Source: Candidatus Heimdallarchaeota archaeon (GTDB taxonomy: Archaea; Asgardarchaeota; Heimdallarchaeia; Heimdallarchaeales; Heimdallarchaeaceae). From it: DNA of 64,000 bases. Of the stretch, positions 10,151 through 20,289 are shown one piece after another (position 1 is the stretch's first letter; each line of letters opens with the position of its first letter). A model generated the notes under the pieces. That model did no database searches. It was not told the origin of the DNA and saw only the letters and a program-made list of their open reading frames with translations. The position numbers were made by a program, and so were the translations under genes. Location: contig JAAFKI010000045.1 in assembly GCA_021399345.1 (NCBI GenBank), positions 32,001 to 96,000 on the forward strand, read 5' to 3'.

Positions 10151-11383
10151 GTGATCATCATGGATAAATTTGAGAAGCTGGCTTTGGAGGCAATAGAAGA
10201 GAGTAAAAGCAGTTCTTATACTCCTCAAGACCCTTTTGTCTCTTTTGGCTTTGATGCCAACCCGTTTCTTGAAACATCTATAGAAGATCTGCAGAATGAA
10301 GAATGTATTGAATCTCGTTTTAGAATGGTCATTAAATACATCAACAAGGTTCACAATAGCTTTCTTGAAAATCATAATAAAAAGAAAAAAGATTCTGATA
10401 CCGTGATAATGGATGGTGTTTTGTATGGCTCAAGTCAGTCAGGTGTTAGTACATTAATTTCCTTAGTTCATCAATACTTGATAAAAGTTCACAAAGAATT
10501 AGCGAACACTGTTTTCTCAGATGCTAAAGAATTAGTTGAATTTGAAGACAACCAATATTCTATCGCAAAAACAATCCAGAATTTTAGAAATTTCATAGGA
10601 AGTCAGAATACAGGAGGAGATACTATTTCACTACTCATCATAGATCATGCTGATTTCTTAATTGATTTCTTTGAAGACTTCAGATACGCACTAGATAGAG
10701 ATTTTCAGAATACACCCATAGTATTTATTTTCTCTCAAGGTGGTTGGACCCGATTAAAGAATCAGCTTGCGTTTTCTGATTATGATTTAATCAATAGTAT
10801 GGTACCAAGTCAACAAATTAATTCCCTAAATAAAGACGAGATATTCGAGATATTAAGTTTAAAATTAAGCAAGAATAAGCAAATTCAAAATCCTTTCACT
10901 AAAGAAATACTTCAAACAATTTCAAAGAAAGCTAGTGGAAGTCTGTTAAATGCCATAAAAATTTGCACTAAAGTTTGTGAAGAATGTTTCTACAATGGTC
11001 TGGATATCTCTTCTTTGTCCCTAATTAATGACGTCACATCATTTCTAGCCATTGACGTGAACAAGGAGTTCTTTGATCTTGTGACACTTAATGATAATAC
11101 TCAAACATTTATTCTTGCTCTAATTACGATGAAGTCTACAGCTTATGATTTTGGTGTAACGTATGATGACATTGTTAATAATTTAGGGATACAAAAAACT
11201 TCAGCAGCCCACCATTTAAAGCAACTTCAAGAAAGACGGTATGTCATAAAAAGGACAGTGAACAGAAAAGCTTTCTACAGATTGAGAGAGGAACTTAAAA
11301 CCATATCTGATACATACTTAATGAAAAGTTTCGAACAGAAAGAAACTCATGTAAGGCTCGAAAGTATTTCTAATTTGGTTTAA
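10151..11383 (+). CDS. Degenerate AAA+ ATPase-fold protein with C-terminal winged helix (Cdc6/Orc- or ExeA-like architecture)
   Basis: FGFDANPF, Walker A-like GSSQSGVST, Walker B-like LLIIDHAD, lid ASGSL, HTH region VTYDDIVNNLGIQKTSAAHHLKQL. Confidence 0.75.
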   Translation: MIIMDKFEKLALEAIEESKSSSYTPQDPFVSFGFDANPFLETSIEDLQNEECIESRFRMVIKYINKVHNSFLENHNKKKKDSDTVIMDGVLYGSSQSGVSTLISLVHQYLIKVHKELANTVFSDAKELVEFEDNQYSIAKTIQNFRNFIGSQNTGGDTISLLIIDHADFLIDFFEDFRYALDRDFQNTPIVFIFSQGGWTRLKNQLAFSDYDLINSMVPSQQINSLNKDEIFEILSLKLSKNKQIQNPFTKEILQTISKKASGSLLNAIKICTKVCEECFYNGLDISSLSLINDVTSFLAIDVNKEFFDLVTLNDNTQTFILALITMKSTAYDFGVTYDDIVNNLGIQKTSAAHHLKQLQERRYVIKRTVNRKAFYRLREELKTISDTYLMKSFEQKETHVRLESISNLV

Positions 11384-11458
11384 CTGGTTATTCTAAAGTA
11401 TAAGCAATATTAGACTCACTTGTATCACAATTAAAAAATAAGAAAATGGAAGGAGATT

Positions 11459-13093
11459 TTACTCGGATTCTTTTTCCGCTTCTTCTTCATCATACGAAAG
11501 AGGAGGTGTTAGAAGTGCTGTTGATTCAATGAATGTTTTTCCTGCATCGATATTCTGTCGAATGTAACCAAAGTAATCCAATTCAAAGATATACTTGGAT
11601 GCAACTTCCTCAGGTACATTAAGCATTTTAGAAAGTTCTTCTTTAGCTAAAGGTCTCTGGAAATCATTGAGTAAATATAGAACTCTGTATTTAGGATCTG
11701 TATTTAGGAATGCTTCAACTGACTTTAGGGTTTTGTTTAGATTGTCAATTTTCTTTCTTAATTTTTGTATATTGAGTTCATACTGATACTTCTCTTCAGA
11801 AGAAATTGTTCCTTGTTTCTCCATTGTGAGTAAAGTGTTTTTTGTTTCTGTTAATTCTTTAATTGATTCTTCAAGTCTTGCTTTCAAATCTTCTATAGAA
11901 TCTTGTTTTTCCAAAATTTGCTCCTCAACCTTTTCTCTTTCGGTTGCAGTTTTATCAGCGATATCTCTAAGTTCCTTTATCTCAGCTTCTTTTTCAGCAA
12001 ATTGTAACATCATTTCATCAGTGGTTGTCTGTAAGTTATGTGCTTCTTGTTCCTTTGAACTGATATCTTGTTGAAGCTCAACCATAGTTTCAGCAAGTCT
12101 TTCCATATCCTCATCTCTTTGATGAATTTGTTTTCTAAGCTCTTCTACTTGACTTGAATCTTCAGCTTGATCAGCAGCTTGATCTTGAATATCTTCCATC
12201 TGTTTCTTTAATGAATCAATTTGAGATGATTTCTGTTGAATGTCGATTTTTTGATTTCTTACAGTATCTTCATGTTCAGCAATTTGATTTCTAAGATTGA
12301 AAACTGTCTGTCTTGTGCTATCAAGTTGTTTTTGTAGTTCATCGAATAATTGATCCTCTTTGGATAAAGCATCTGAAGACACAGATCTTAAACGTGTTTC
12401 CATCTCTTCAACATGTGTAGACATAGCATCTCTTTCGATTTTTAATCTATTAAATTCAGATTGGAGGTTATTCTTTTCTAGAGATAACTGATGAACGGTT
12501 CTGTCTTTGTCCATTATCACTTGGTCTCTAGCTTCAATTATAGTTTGATCCACGCCCATTGTAGTTGCTTTTTCAGATAGTTCTCCAATGGCTTGGTCTT
12601 TGCTTTTGAGAACTGACTGAATATCTGTCAATTCATTTTGTATAGAGATTGTCTCAGCTTTGAGATTTCCAATTTGATCATTTAATTCATCGATTTTCAA
12701 AGCATCGTCTTGAATTTTCGTTTCATACCCAGGAATTTTTGCAGCTTCAACCCTTAATTTCTCAAGCTCACCAAGCATTTCTTTAGTAATCATTTTCGCA
12801 TCAACATATCCCTGTTCTATACCTTGACGAATCTTACTAGTGCTTTCTGTAACAACCATTAGGTGGATATCCCGTAAAAGACCCACATAACTATCTTTGA
12901 AATTTCGAATAATTTTATCAACTTCGGATACAGAATATTGGGCTTTTCCAGGTGCTAAAGAATTACTTTTAATTTCTTCAGCCCTAGCTTTTACTTGTTC
13001 TTCTGAAGTTGTACGAATAACTCTCATTTCACCTAGAAATTTCTTTACTAGAGAGCGCACAACACCGAAAGGACTTTGCGTTTCTACAGCCAT
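11459..13093 (-). CDS. Long coiled-coil protein with C-terminal winged helix
   Basis: ~350 aa of heptad-like E/Q/K-rich sequence; C-terminal YRVLYLL..LAKEELSKMLNV..ASKYIFELDYFGYI. Confidence 0.8.
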   Translation of the reverse strand: MAVETQSPFGVVRSLVKKFLGEMRVIRTTSEEQVKARAEEIKSNSLAPGKAQYSVSEVDKIIRNFKDSYVGLLRDIHLMVVTESTSKIRQGIEQGYVDAKMITKEMLGELEKLRVEAAKIPGYETKIQDDALKIDELNDQIGNLKAETISIQNELTDIQSVLKSKDQAIGELSEKATTMGVDQTIIEARDQVIMDKDRTVHQLSLEKNNLQSEFNRLKIERDAMSTHVEEMETRLRSVSSDALSKEDQLFDELQKQLDSTRQTVFNLRNQIAEHEDTVRNQKIDIQQKSSQIDSLKKQMEDIQDQAADQAEDSSQVEELRKQIHQRDEDMERLAETMVELQQDISSKEQEAHNLQTTTDEMMLQFAEKEAEIKELRDIADKTATEREKVEEQILEKQDSIEDLKARLEESIKELTETKNTLLTMEKQGTISSEEKYQYELNIQKLRKKIDNLNKTLKSVEAFLNTDPKYRVLYLLNDFQRPLAKEELSKMLNVPEEVASKYIFELDYFGYIRQNIDAGKTFIESTALLTPPLSYDEEEAEKESE

Positions 13094-13191
13094 TTATTTC
13101 AGCTCATAGCTTACCTATACAAATTATTAAGTTAATGATATATATGAGTTTTTCAGTTGTTTTCACTCAAAACATGTCATTAAGTTGATTT

Positions 13192-13869
13192 TCAGTTCAG
13201 ATATAATGGAATGTAAAATAAACCATCTCTTAACTCATCAATTTCTTGAAGAAAGCCTGATAGTTGACTAAAGGGAATTATTGGAATTTCTGAAGAGAAC
13301 TGAATATTATGATCTCGCCAAGAGAGTATTAATGGATAAAGCTTCACTTCCCTCTTTAAAGGTAAAGCAAGTTTTGAAATAAGTTCTTCTGAAACGACAG
13401 GAAATATTTCATAAAGTACTTCTGTTCTTTCCTTTTGCTTAATAGCTGCGTCTTTCATGATAGAGGGCGAAGGATGCCTATAATGTTTGCAATCTATCAA
13501 AAATAAGTAAGGATATTTGAATGCTAGAACATCAATTTCATACTTTGTAAACTCATCCTTAAATCGAAAATTAGACAGAACTGAATAACCTAACTCATCA
13601 AAAAGAGCAGAAATAACATTCTCAAATCCTTTCCAATCAATTAACTCGAGTATGTTTTTCACACTAATACCTTGCATAAGAAGAGAAAGTAGAATTTGAC
13701 CCTTTTCTTCATCTGTGAAATCAATCTTATTGAAGAATTCTTCTAATGAATAATTCAAAGAAGTAAGAAGGGATATACACCCATCTTTTTCCACCGCTTT
13801 AAGATTAGCTACATCTACTTTATTGCGATTGAATATGTGATTCAATATAGTAACGATTGAGCTATCCAT
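13192..13869 (-). CDS. PD-(D/E)xK restriction-endonuclease-fold protein (Mrr/NERD-like)
   Basis: WKGFE..I..LF...GY, EIDVLA, LIDCKH. Confidence 0.8.
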   Translation of the reverse strand: MDSSIVTILNHIFNRNKVDVANLKAVEKDGCISLLTSLNYSLEEFFNKIDFTDEEKGQILLSLLMQGISVKNILELIDWKGFENVISALFDELGYSVLSNFRFKDEFTKYEIDVLAFKYPYLFLIDCKHYRHPSPSIMKDAAIKQKERTEVLYEIFPVVSEELISKLALPLKREVKLYPLILSWRDHNIQFSSEIPIIPFSQLSGFLQEIDELRDGLFYIPLYLN

Positions 13870-13901
13870 TCTCTATTCAACAGAAAATAAAAATGAGATT
13901 A

Positions 13902-14687
13902 TTAAGATTCGCTTTTAGCAGATTTAACTCGATGAATAATTATTTCTCGTGTTAATTGCTCAATTGGCTGAGCAGTTTTTTGAACACTTAAAGGTCTAGC
14001 TCCTTTCTTAAGACGTCCATATTCATCAAGCATTGATTTTATGTCAGGACTTCTCAAAAGAGTCATCAATTCGTTTCTAGCTTGAAGACAAGATGTTTCA
14101 ATTACTCGCATGTAGGCTTCTCCCTTATTAGCTGCAAGTTTCTTTTCAATTAATAAATCAAGAAACTTATCGGTAGGAGTACGCTCTTCAGGAGGAAGAT
14201 CTATCTTATTCAGAACGATTAAGAATGGCAAGGATTTCCCTAAGATATCTCCCTTAAGGGCAATGAGCTCAACAAGGCTTTCTACATTGTCATCCCACAT
14301 ATTTTTGCTAGGATCGAACATAAATATCAATCCGTCAGCACCCTCAAGAACAACTTTTCTTTGAATATAATGTCTTTTCTGACCAGCTACTGTCCAAACT
14401 TGGTATCTTAGCTTTGGAACACTTACACCTTGTCCTTTTGGTAATTCAAAGGTACTTTGATCATAAAAGATTGTTCTACCACTAGGGTCATCTATCTTCT
14501 TTAAGGAAGAATAGATTGTTTCAGGATCTTCAACTTTCCTTAAAACATTATAGACTGTTAACATACTTGTTTTACCTGATAATGAAGGGCCATATATAAC
14601 CAATTTTAGATACGGTACTCCAGAACCATCTACTTTGAAAATATCTTTGATTTTTAAACTGCTTGACATCGTATATCTAGCCGCCAA
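13902..14687 (-). CDS. MglA-like small GTPase (paralog 2); likely start 14669
   Basis: GPSLSGKTS, RTIFYD, TVAGQ, NKID, SCL. Confidence 0.9.
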   Translation of the reverse strand: MAARYTMSSSLKIKDIFKVDGSGVPYLKLVIYGPSLSGKTSMLTVYNVLRKVEDPETIYSSLKKIDDPSGRTIFYDQSTFELPKGQGVSVPKLRYQVWTVAGQKRHYIQRKVVLEGADGLIFMFDPSKNMWDDNVESLVELIALKGDILGKSLPFLIVLNKIDLPPEERTPTDKFLDLLIEKKLAANKGEAYMRVIETSCLQARNELMTLLRSPDIKSMLDEYGRLKKGARPLSVQKTAQPIEQLTREIIIHRVKSAKSES

Positions 14688-14840
14688 GATTTTTACTTAT
14701 TTAGGTTTTTAGGTGCGAATTCTAAAACCTTTTCTTGATTTATATATGTCCTCATTATAATGAAATTCTATTAAACTTTGCTATAATTTCACTATAAACG
14801 ATTATTCTCTAAATTCTGAACCTCAGAGGTATAAAATGGA

Positions 14841-15533
14841 TTATAGACCTTGATTATGTAGATCTAAAAGGCTTTTTTCATCTCTATGAAGGGAAACAGC
14901 TAATTCGGCAACAATTCCATCCAAAAAAGCTAAAGCAGCTTGTTCAAAAGCTGTTCCTTCAGGTGCCAATGTACTATCCAACCCCTGGTCTCTTCTTTCT
15001 AAATCAGATTTAGTTCTACCTTTGAGTTTCACGGTAACATCCCCTAATCGCCCAATAACACTCAAAGGATAACTTGTAATGACTATCACAAACGGATTAT
15101 ATATCAAATAAGTTTCTAACATAGCTTTAACTATAGGAGTTGTTCCAGATCCACTAATTACTATAATGGTATCATCTTCCCTTAAACGAGGGACAGATCT
15201 AGTGTTTGTGATAAAACGGCTTTCAACACCAAAATGCTCTAATCTTGTTTGAAACATCTGACCTACATATGCACTTCTTCCACTTGCTAGAATATAGATT
15301 CTTTTTTTGTTTTGTATATCAACCATTAACCTATCCCTAACTTGTTGAACATACTCATAATGATCAGCCATATGTTTGATATTCTCTTGTAAATTTGATA
15401 CCATCAATTCCATTGCTCTAAAAATAGCTGGTTGCTCGGTGTAACTAGCAAGATTTTTAATTTGCTCATCTGGCATGATAGGCTTCTTATTTTTTGCATT
15501 ATTTTTTTTAACCATTTTCTCACAACTTGCCAC
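14841..15533 (-). CDS. SIS-domain sugar isomerase, 6-phospho-3-hexuloisomerase-like
   Basis: SGRS, ISGSGTT, APEGTAFEQ. Confidence 0.85.
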   Translation of the reverse strand: MASCEKMVKKNNAKNKKPIMPDEQIKNLASYTEQPAIFRAMELMVSNLQENIKHMADHYEYVQQVRDRLMVDIQNKKRIYILASGRSAYVGQMFQTRLEHFGVESRFITNTRSVPRLREDDTIIVISGSGTTPIVKAMLETYLIYNPFVIVITSYPLSVIGRLGDVTVKLKGRTKSDLERRDQGLDSTLAPEGTAFEQAALAFLDGIVAELAVSLHRDEKSLLDLHNQGL

Positions 15534-15763
15534 AGGTTAACTCTCAAATGATAACTCAGAAATTATCACTTACTTCTCTTTTAAGAACACTATTGGATAG
15601 TGTTTTTAAATTACTCGGTTTTCTGAAAGAACCTCATTTGTTAATATTGTTTCACTTAAGTAAATAACAGACCCATTATTACTTAATACGATTTTTTTAT
15701 ATAAATCCCAAGAATATAAGAAATAGAGATATAAGGAGGAAAATACGATATTCATCTGATGAT

Positions 15764-18685
15764 ATGAAATTATGGGACAAGTTATGGAAAAGACCAAAAA
15801 TAGTTGCAGCTGCAATATTGTTATTTTGGATTTTACTTGTCTCAATTAATATCAACAAAATATTGAATATTTCCGATTACATAAGTGATGAAGGTAATAA
15901 TCTTTCTACAACTAGTCAATCTGAATCTTCGATTGGTACAGACATTTTATCCACATTTAGTGAAGTAAATAGTTCATTTCAAATTATAGTGAGGAATCCT
16001 AATGGTAGTATAGTTTCGGAATCCATGCATCAGAAGGTAGAAAGTTTAGTATATAATATAACGCATAATCCAAAAATTGGTCCATATTTATCTCCAAGTA
16101 AACCTTATTCTTCGATATATGCTGATGCAGATAATCTTCTCAGAACAATATTAAGTCTTCAATGGTACGCTACTCAATTATCTTTTGCTTCAATTCATTA
16201 TGTTTGGGGGGGTATAGAGTATTTTAGCTTAACTTGGATTGATCAATATAATAGCACAAATAGCACTTCTTTAGCAACAACTGTCACTAAACAATTAACG
16301 ACTAACTATCTTGAAACACTTCTGGATTCGTTTAATGAATCGAGATATTATAGTTTTGTAGATGTTTTTTATGATGAATTGTCAAAGAGTTTTAACTATT
16401 TTGCGAATTTATCCACACCAACTAGTGAAGAAGACGTTTTCAATTTGTTAAGTAACATAATAAAGGCAAATTCTACTTTTATCTCTGAGGTTTCAGCAGA
16501 TACGAGACAAACACAACTTCTTGGGTTACTTTCTGATAATTTCAATTCTAGCGAATGGCAAAATGCAACATATTCCTACGAAAAAATTGCTGAATTTTTA
16601 TTTGACTCAAATAATTCTTTTGAAGTTGATTTTATAAGAGAAGTTTATGATGACGGTAATATTCAAGGATTCATTGATGCTAAAAACAAATATCTTTTAC
16701 CAGTCTTAACAATGGAATCCACAATTCCCCCAATTACTGATGATATAATTCTTACATTTCTAAGGCAATACACAAATTATAAAGAAAATATAGATGATGC
16801 AGATACCACGATTGTAACGTTTAATATGGCACTTAATCATTTGAATGAAGAAGGAAAAGCAGCTTATCTAGAAATACTAGACATTTTACCAACAATAAAA
16901 GAAGAAAATGAACCCTTAGAAATTTATGCAACAGGGATTGATTTATTCATAATTGAGATTTCGCTGGACTATCAAAATCAAGCAAAAAAAACAGATTTGA
17001 TTGTTCTTATTACAATAGTAGTAATTCTTCTGTTAGTTTATAGATCTCCTATCATGCCACTAATTCAACTCTTTGTTCTAGCAATTTCCTTTGGGGTTTC
17101 TCGTCTTCTCTTCATTGGAATAGGATCTTTAACAGGAGGTTTAGATTCAACGAGTCTTATTATCTTGAGTGTAACGCTTCTAGGAGCAACAACTGATTAC
17201 TGTGTATTTCTAATGGGTGATTATCTACTTAATTTAAAGAAAACAAATTCCAAGTATAGCGCTCTTAGAACCACTCTTAGACGCACTTCTAAAAGTATAA
17301 TCATTGCATCAATTTCCTTATCCTTTGGTTTTGGTGGATTAGTTTTGAGCAGCTTTGCTTTAGCAACTGGAATGGGTATAGCAGGCATAATTGGTTTTCT
17401 AACAAGCATGGTTGTTTCCTTAACTTTGGTTCCAGCAATACTTACTCTACTGAATCAAAATATTCTTACCAAGTGGAAAGTTAATTTAAAAATATTTCAG
17501 AAAAGAAAGGGCTCAATTATTAAATATGTAAAAAAAGCAGTTCAAAAACCTAAAAAAGTCTTAATTGTTTTTGTAATCATTAGTTTGGTTGGACTAGGCA
17601 TTTTCATTGCAGTACCAACAGATTATGCTCAAATCTCATCAGCCCCACAATCATATCAATCAAGACAAGGATTGGATGCAATTACTCAACATATGGGAAC
17701 AGAATATATTTCTCAAATTTCTCTTCTTTTCAAGACTACAGACGTGGATCCATTTATTTTCAGTAATAACAGTTTGAATTATAAATCTATAAATGAAGTT
17801 TTAATTATAATTGAAGCAATTAGGATTGAAACGAATATAACGGTTCTTGCAGGGCTAAGTCATCCTTTTGGTAGACCATATTATGAGCATTTACAGAACA
17901 CTTCTTTGTTTGTAGCAGAAGAAATACAGATTCTAATGAAGAATTTTGTTTTTTCCGATGAAACTTATGCTATTGTTTATTGTGGTTCCCAATATATGGA
18001 AGGGGACAAAAGATTAGATGAACAGATTAAAACTATCAGAAAGACAATTTCAGAAATTATTGAACAGAGAGAGCTTACAGAATGGCAAACATATGCAACG
18101 GGCTTTGCACCAGTTCTGTATGATTCCAAAACAGGAATTTCATTTGATTTTAACTTAATTTTCCTATTTGTTTCAGTTACGATTACGTTATTATTATTCT
18201 TATTTTTAAGAAATTTCTTTATGTCTGTAAGGGTTCTAGTAACCATACTCTTGTCTCTAGGAATAAGCTTGGGCTTGTTTAGTTTGTGCGCTTTAATTTT
18301 CTTAGGTGGTTCAATATATTGGATTGTGCCTTTACTAGCATATGCTGTTTTAACTGCATTGGGATTGGATTTTGATGTATTGTTTCTAGGCATTTTCCAA
18401 GATATTTACAAAGATGTTAAAGATTCAAAAGAAGCAATTGTAGAAGCAGTAGATCAAACAATGAACAATATTTCAGTTGCAGGAATAATTATGGCAGCAA
18501 CTTATTTCAGTCTATTATTCACTTCATCTATTCACATGCAACAATTAGGATTAGGCCTGGGAATCGGAATACTGATCGATGTTTTTGTCTCGCGGTTATT
18601 TATTGTTCCTCCAGCTATAGTACTAACTTTCAAAGGGGAGAAAACAAAAAAGAAAAGTAGAAGAGGTACTAAGGATGAAAAATAA
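15764..18685 (+). CDS. MMPL/RND-family transporter
   Basis: Two TM bundles with GATTDY and LGLDFD motifs and large extracytoplasmic loops. Confidence 0.9.
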   Translation: MKLWDKLWKRPKIVAAAILLFWILLVSININKILNISDYISDEGNNLSTTSQSESSIGTDILSTFSEVNSSFQIIVRNPNGSIVSESMHQKVESLVYNITHNPKIGPYLSPSKPYSSIYADADNLLRTILSLQWYATQLSFASIHYVWGGIEYFSLTWIDQYNSTNSTSLATTVTKQLTTNYLETLLDSFNESRYYSFVDVFYDELSKSFNYFANLSTPTSEEDVFNLLSNIIKANSTFISEVSADTRQTQLLGLLSDNFNSSEWQNATYSYEKIAEFLFDSNNSFEVDFIREVYDDGNIQGFIDAKNKYLLPVLTMESTIPPITDDIILTFLRQYTNYKENIDDADTTIVTFNMALNHLNEEGKAAYLEILDILPTIKEENEPLEIYATGIDLFIIEISLDYQNQAKKTDLIVLITIVVILLLVYRSPIMPLIQLFVLAISFGVSRLLFIGIGSLTGGLDSTSLIILSVTLLGATTDYCVFLMGDYLLNLKKTNSKYSALRTTLRRTSKSIIIASISLSFGFGGLVLSSFALATGMGIAGIIGFLTSMVVSLTLVPAILTLLNQNILTKWKVNLKIFQKRKGSIIKYVKKAVQKPKKVLIVFVIISLVGLGIFIAVPTDYAQISSAPQSYQSRQGLDAITQHMGTEYISQISLLFKTTDVDPFIFSNNSLNYKSINEVLIIIEAIRIETNITVLAGLSHPFGRPYYEHLQNTSLFVAEEIQILMKNFVFSDETYAIVYCGSQYMEGDKRLDEQIKTIRKTISEIIEQRELTEWQTYATGFAPVLYDSKTGISFDFNLIFLFVSVTITLLLFLFLRNFFMSVRVLVTILLSLGISLGLFSLCALIFLGGSIYWIVPLLAYAVLTALGLDFDVLFLGIFQDIYKDVKDSKEAIVEAVDQTMNNISVAGIIMAATYFSLLFTSSIHMQQLGLGLGIGILIDVFVSRLFIVPPAIVLTFKGEKTKKKSRRGTKDEK

Positions 18686-20288
18686 CAAATTGGTATCAGT
18701 TTTCTTTGTATTCATACTACTTAGTCTTTCTGTCTCAAGAATAGAAGCTGAACATTCTGAAAATTTTCGAGAAATTAGTTTTGAAGATAAGGGATATCTT
18801 ATTAGTTATAGGATTGCTCAAGGTGAAAATCTAGATAACATGTTTGAAGAATTAGGATTTGATTTACATGGATCATTCTCTAATGGAGTAATGAATGTTT
18901 TACTAAGGGAAAGGTACACAGAATTTAGAGACATATATTATATTGAATCTGATAAATTCATACTAACTCAGGAAACAGTATATTCAATCGAAAGTTACTT
19001 AGTTCTAGAAGAACCTTTAACTGCTGAAATTAACACAGGAAGTGACTTTATAGCAGAGTTCATTGGTTTTAATTTTGAACCAGTAGAATCAGAGATTATA
19101 CATGCTGAACTACCCAAAGAAACAGCTATAATTATACCAAAAATCTTCACTAACATAACTAGACCAAATTTTGGAGCAATGATTAAAGATGCTAATTATT
19201 TTGATTTCTTACCTCTAATTATTGGGGAAGATTTTGATAGATATGAAGCTGAATTTACATCTTTGCTTCTAGATGAATCTTTTTCAGTCAATATTTACAA
19301 TAGAGGAGATGAAGAATTTACAATTTCATTAGATATTAAACTAGAAACTTCCATATCGATGCGTGCAACTTGGAATAAGTATAGTGGTCTGTTAACTGCT
19401 CTCTCTGTTCATCTCATATATGGTGACAAGAGTAGCGTTCTGGTCATCTCACTAGAAAGTTATGAAGAGATTCTCTCCCCATTAGATTCACATTTTATGC
19501 AATTCTTTATTACGAATAGTTCTTCTAGACATGAAATCTACCAACTAAGGAATTCTACTAAAGAACAACTAGAGCTGTGGGATCATTGGATTAACCAATT
19601 GAATCAAACATATGGTCTAAGATATTTATTTTCCAAATCTGGCCTAAATTTCCAAAAAACACTTTATGTATATGACAAACTTCTCGATTCTTATTTCTCA
19701 TCAACGCCAGTTCACGGATCATGGATTGCACAAATCCCTCCTGTCCTCATACCAACATGGGATAAATATTCAGGAATGGCAATACTGGCAGAAAAATTAT
19801 GGGAACAACTACATCAAGTGTTTCACGGGTTTCAATTTACACTTACAGGCGTTACAAGCTCTTTATTTACCATTAGAGAAATAGATTTTCACATTGAGTA
19901 TCAAAAAAGGGATAATCTTCACCACATCCTGTGGGAATTTTCATTTGATTACCAATCAAATAATACCCAAACTGTTGTTCCAAGATTATTTATTCAAGAT
20001 ACAGAAGTCTACATGAATGGATGGTTGGCATATACCGAAGGTGGTCAACTTCAATCATTTTCTCTTGAGTTTCAAGAATTATATCACTCATATTACGACC
20101 CACCTGAATTAGATTTTGGGAATAATTACTACTTTGAATACTATATTGAATCCGTATCAGAAAATATTACTAAACCTGAGTTTGTGAGTATAACTGAAAC
20201 ACCTCACCCATTCCATTTTGAGCAGATAATTTTTTATTGTATTCTTGCTTATTCAATTATTAAGAAAAAACGCAGAAGAAGGAATTGA
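18675..20288 (+). CDS. Secreted surface protein with C-terminal TM anchor
   Basis: Signal peptide; C-terminal hydrophobic stretch plus KKKRRRR. Confidence 0.75.
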   Translation: MKNNKLVSVFFVFILLSLSVSRIEAEHSENFREISFEDKGYLISYRIAQGENLDNMFEELGFDLHGSFSNGVMNVLLRERYTEFRDIYYIESDKFILTQETVYSIESYLVLEEPLTAEINTGSDFIAEFIGFNFEPVESEIIHAELPKETAIIIPKIFTNITRPNFGAMIKDANYFDFLPLIIGEDFDRYEAEFTSLLLDESFSVNIYNRGDEEFTISLDIKLETSISMRATWNKYSGLLTALSVHLIYGDKSSVLVISLESYEEILSPLDSHFMQFFITNSSSRHEIYQLRNSTKEQLELWDHWINQLNQTYGLRYLFSKSGLNFQKTLYVYDKLLDSYFSSTPVHGSWIAQIPPVLIPTWDKYSGMAILAEKLWEQLHQVFHGFQFTLTGVTSSLFTIREIDFHIEYQKRDNLHHILWEFSFDYQSNNTQTVVPRLFIQDTEVYMNGWLAYTEGGQLQSFSLEFQELYHSYYDPPELDFGNNYYFEYYIESVSENITKPEFVSITETPHPFHFEQIIFYCILAYSIIKKKRRRRN

Positions 20289-20289
20289 T

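Noticed and set aside
11459-13093. SMC/Rad50 assignment
   Set aside because: No Walker A/B, signature, hinge or zinc-hook motifs
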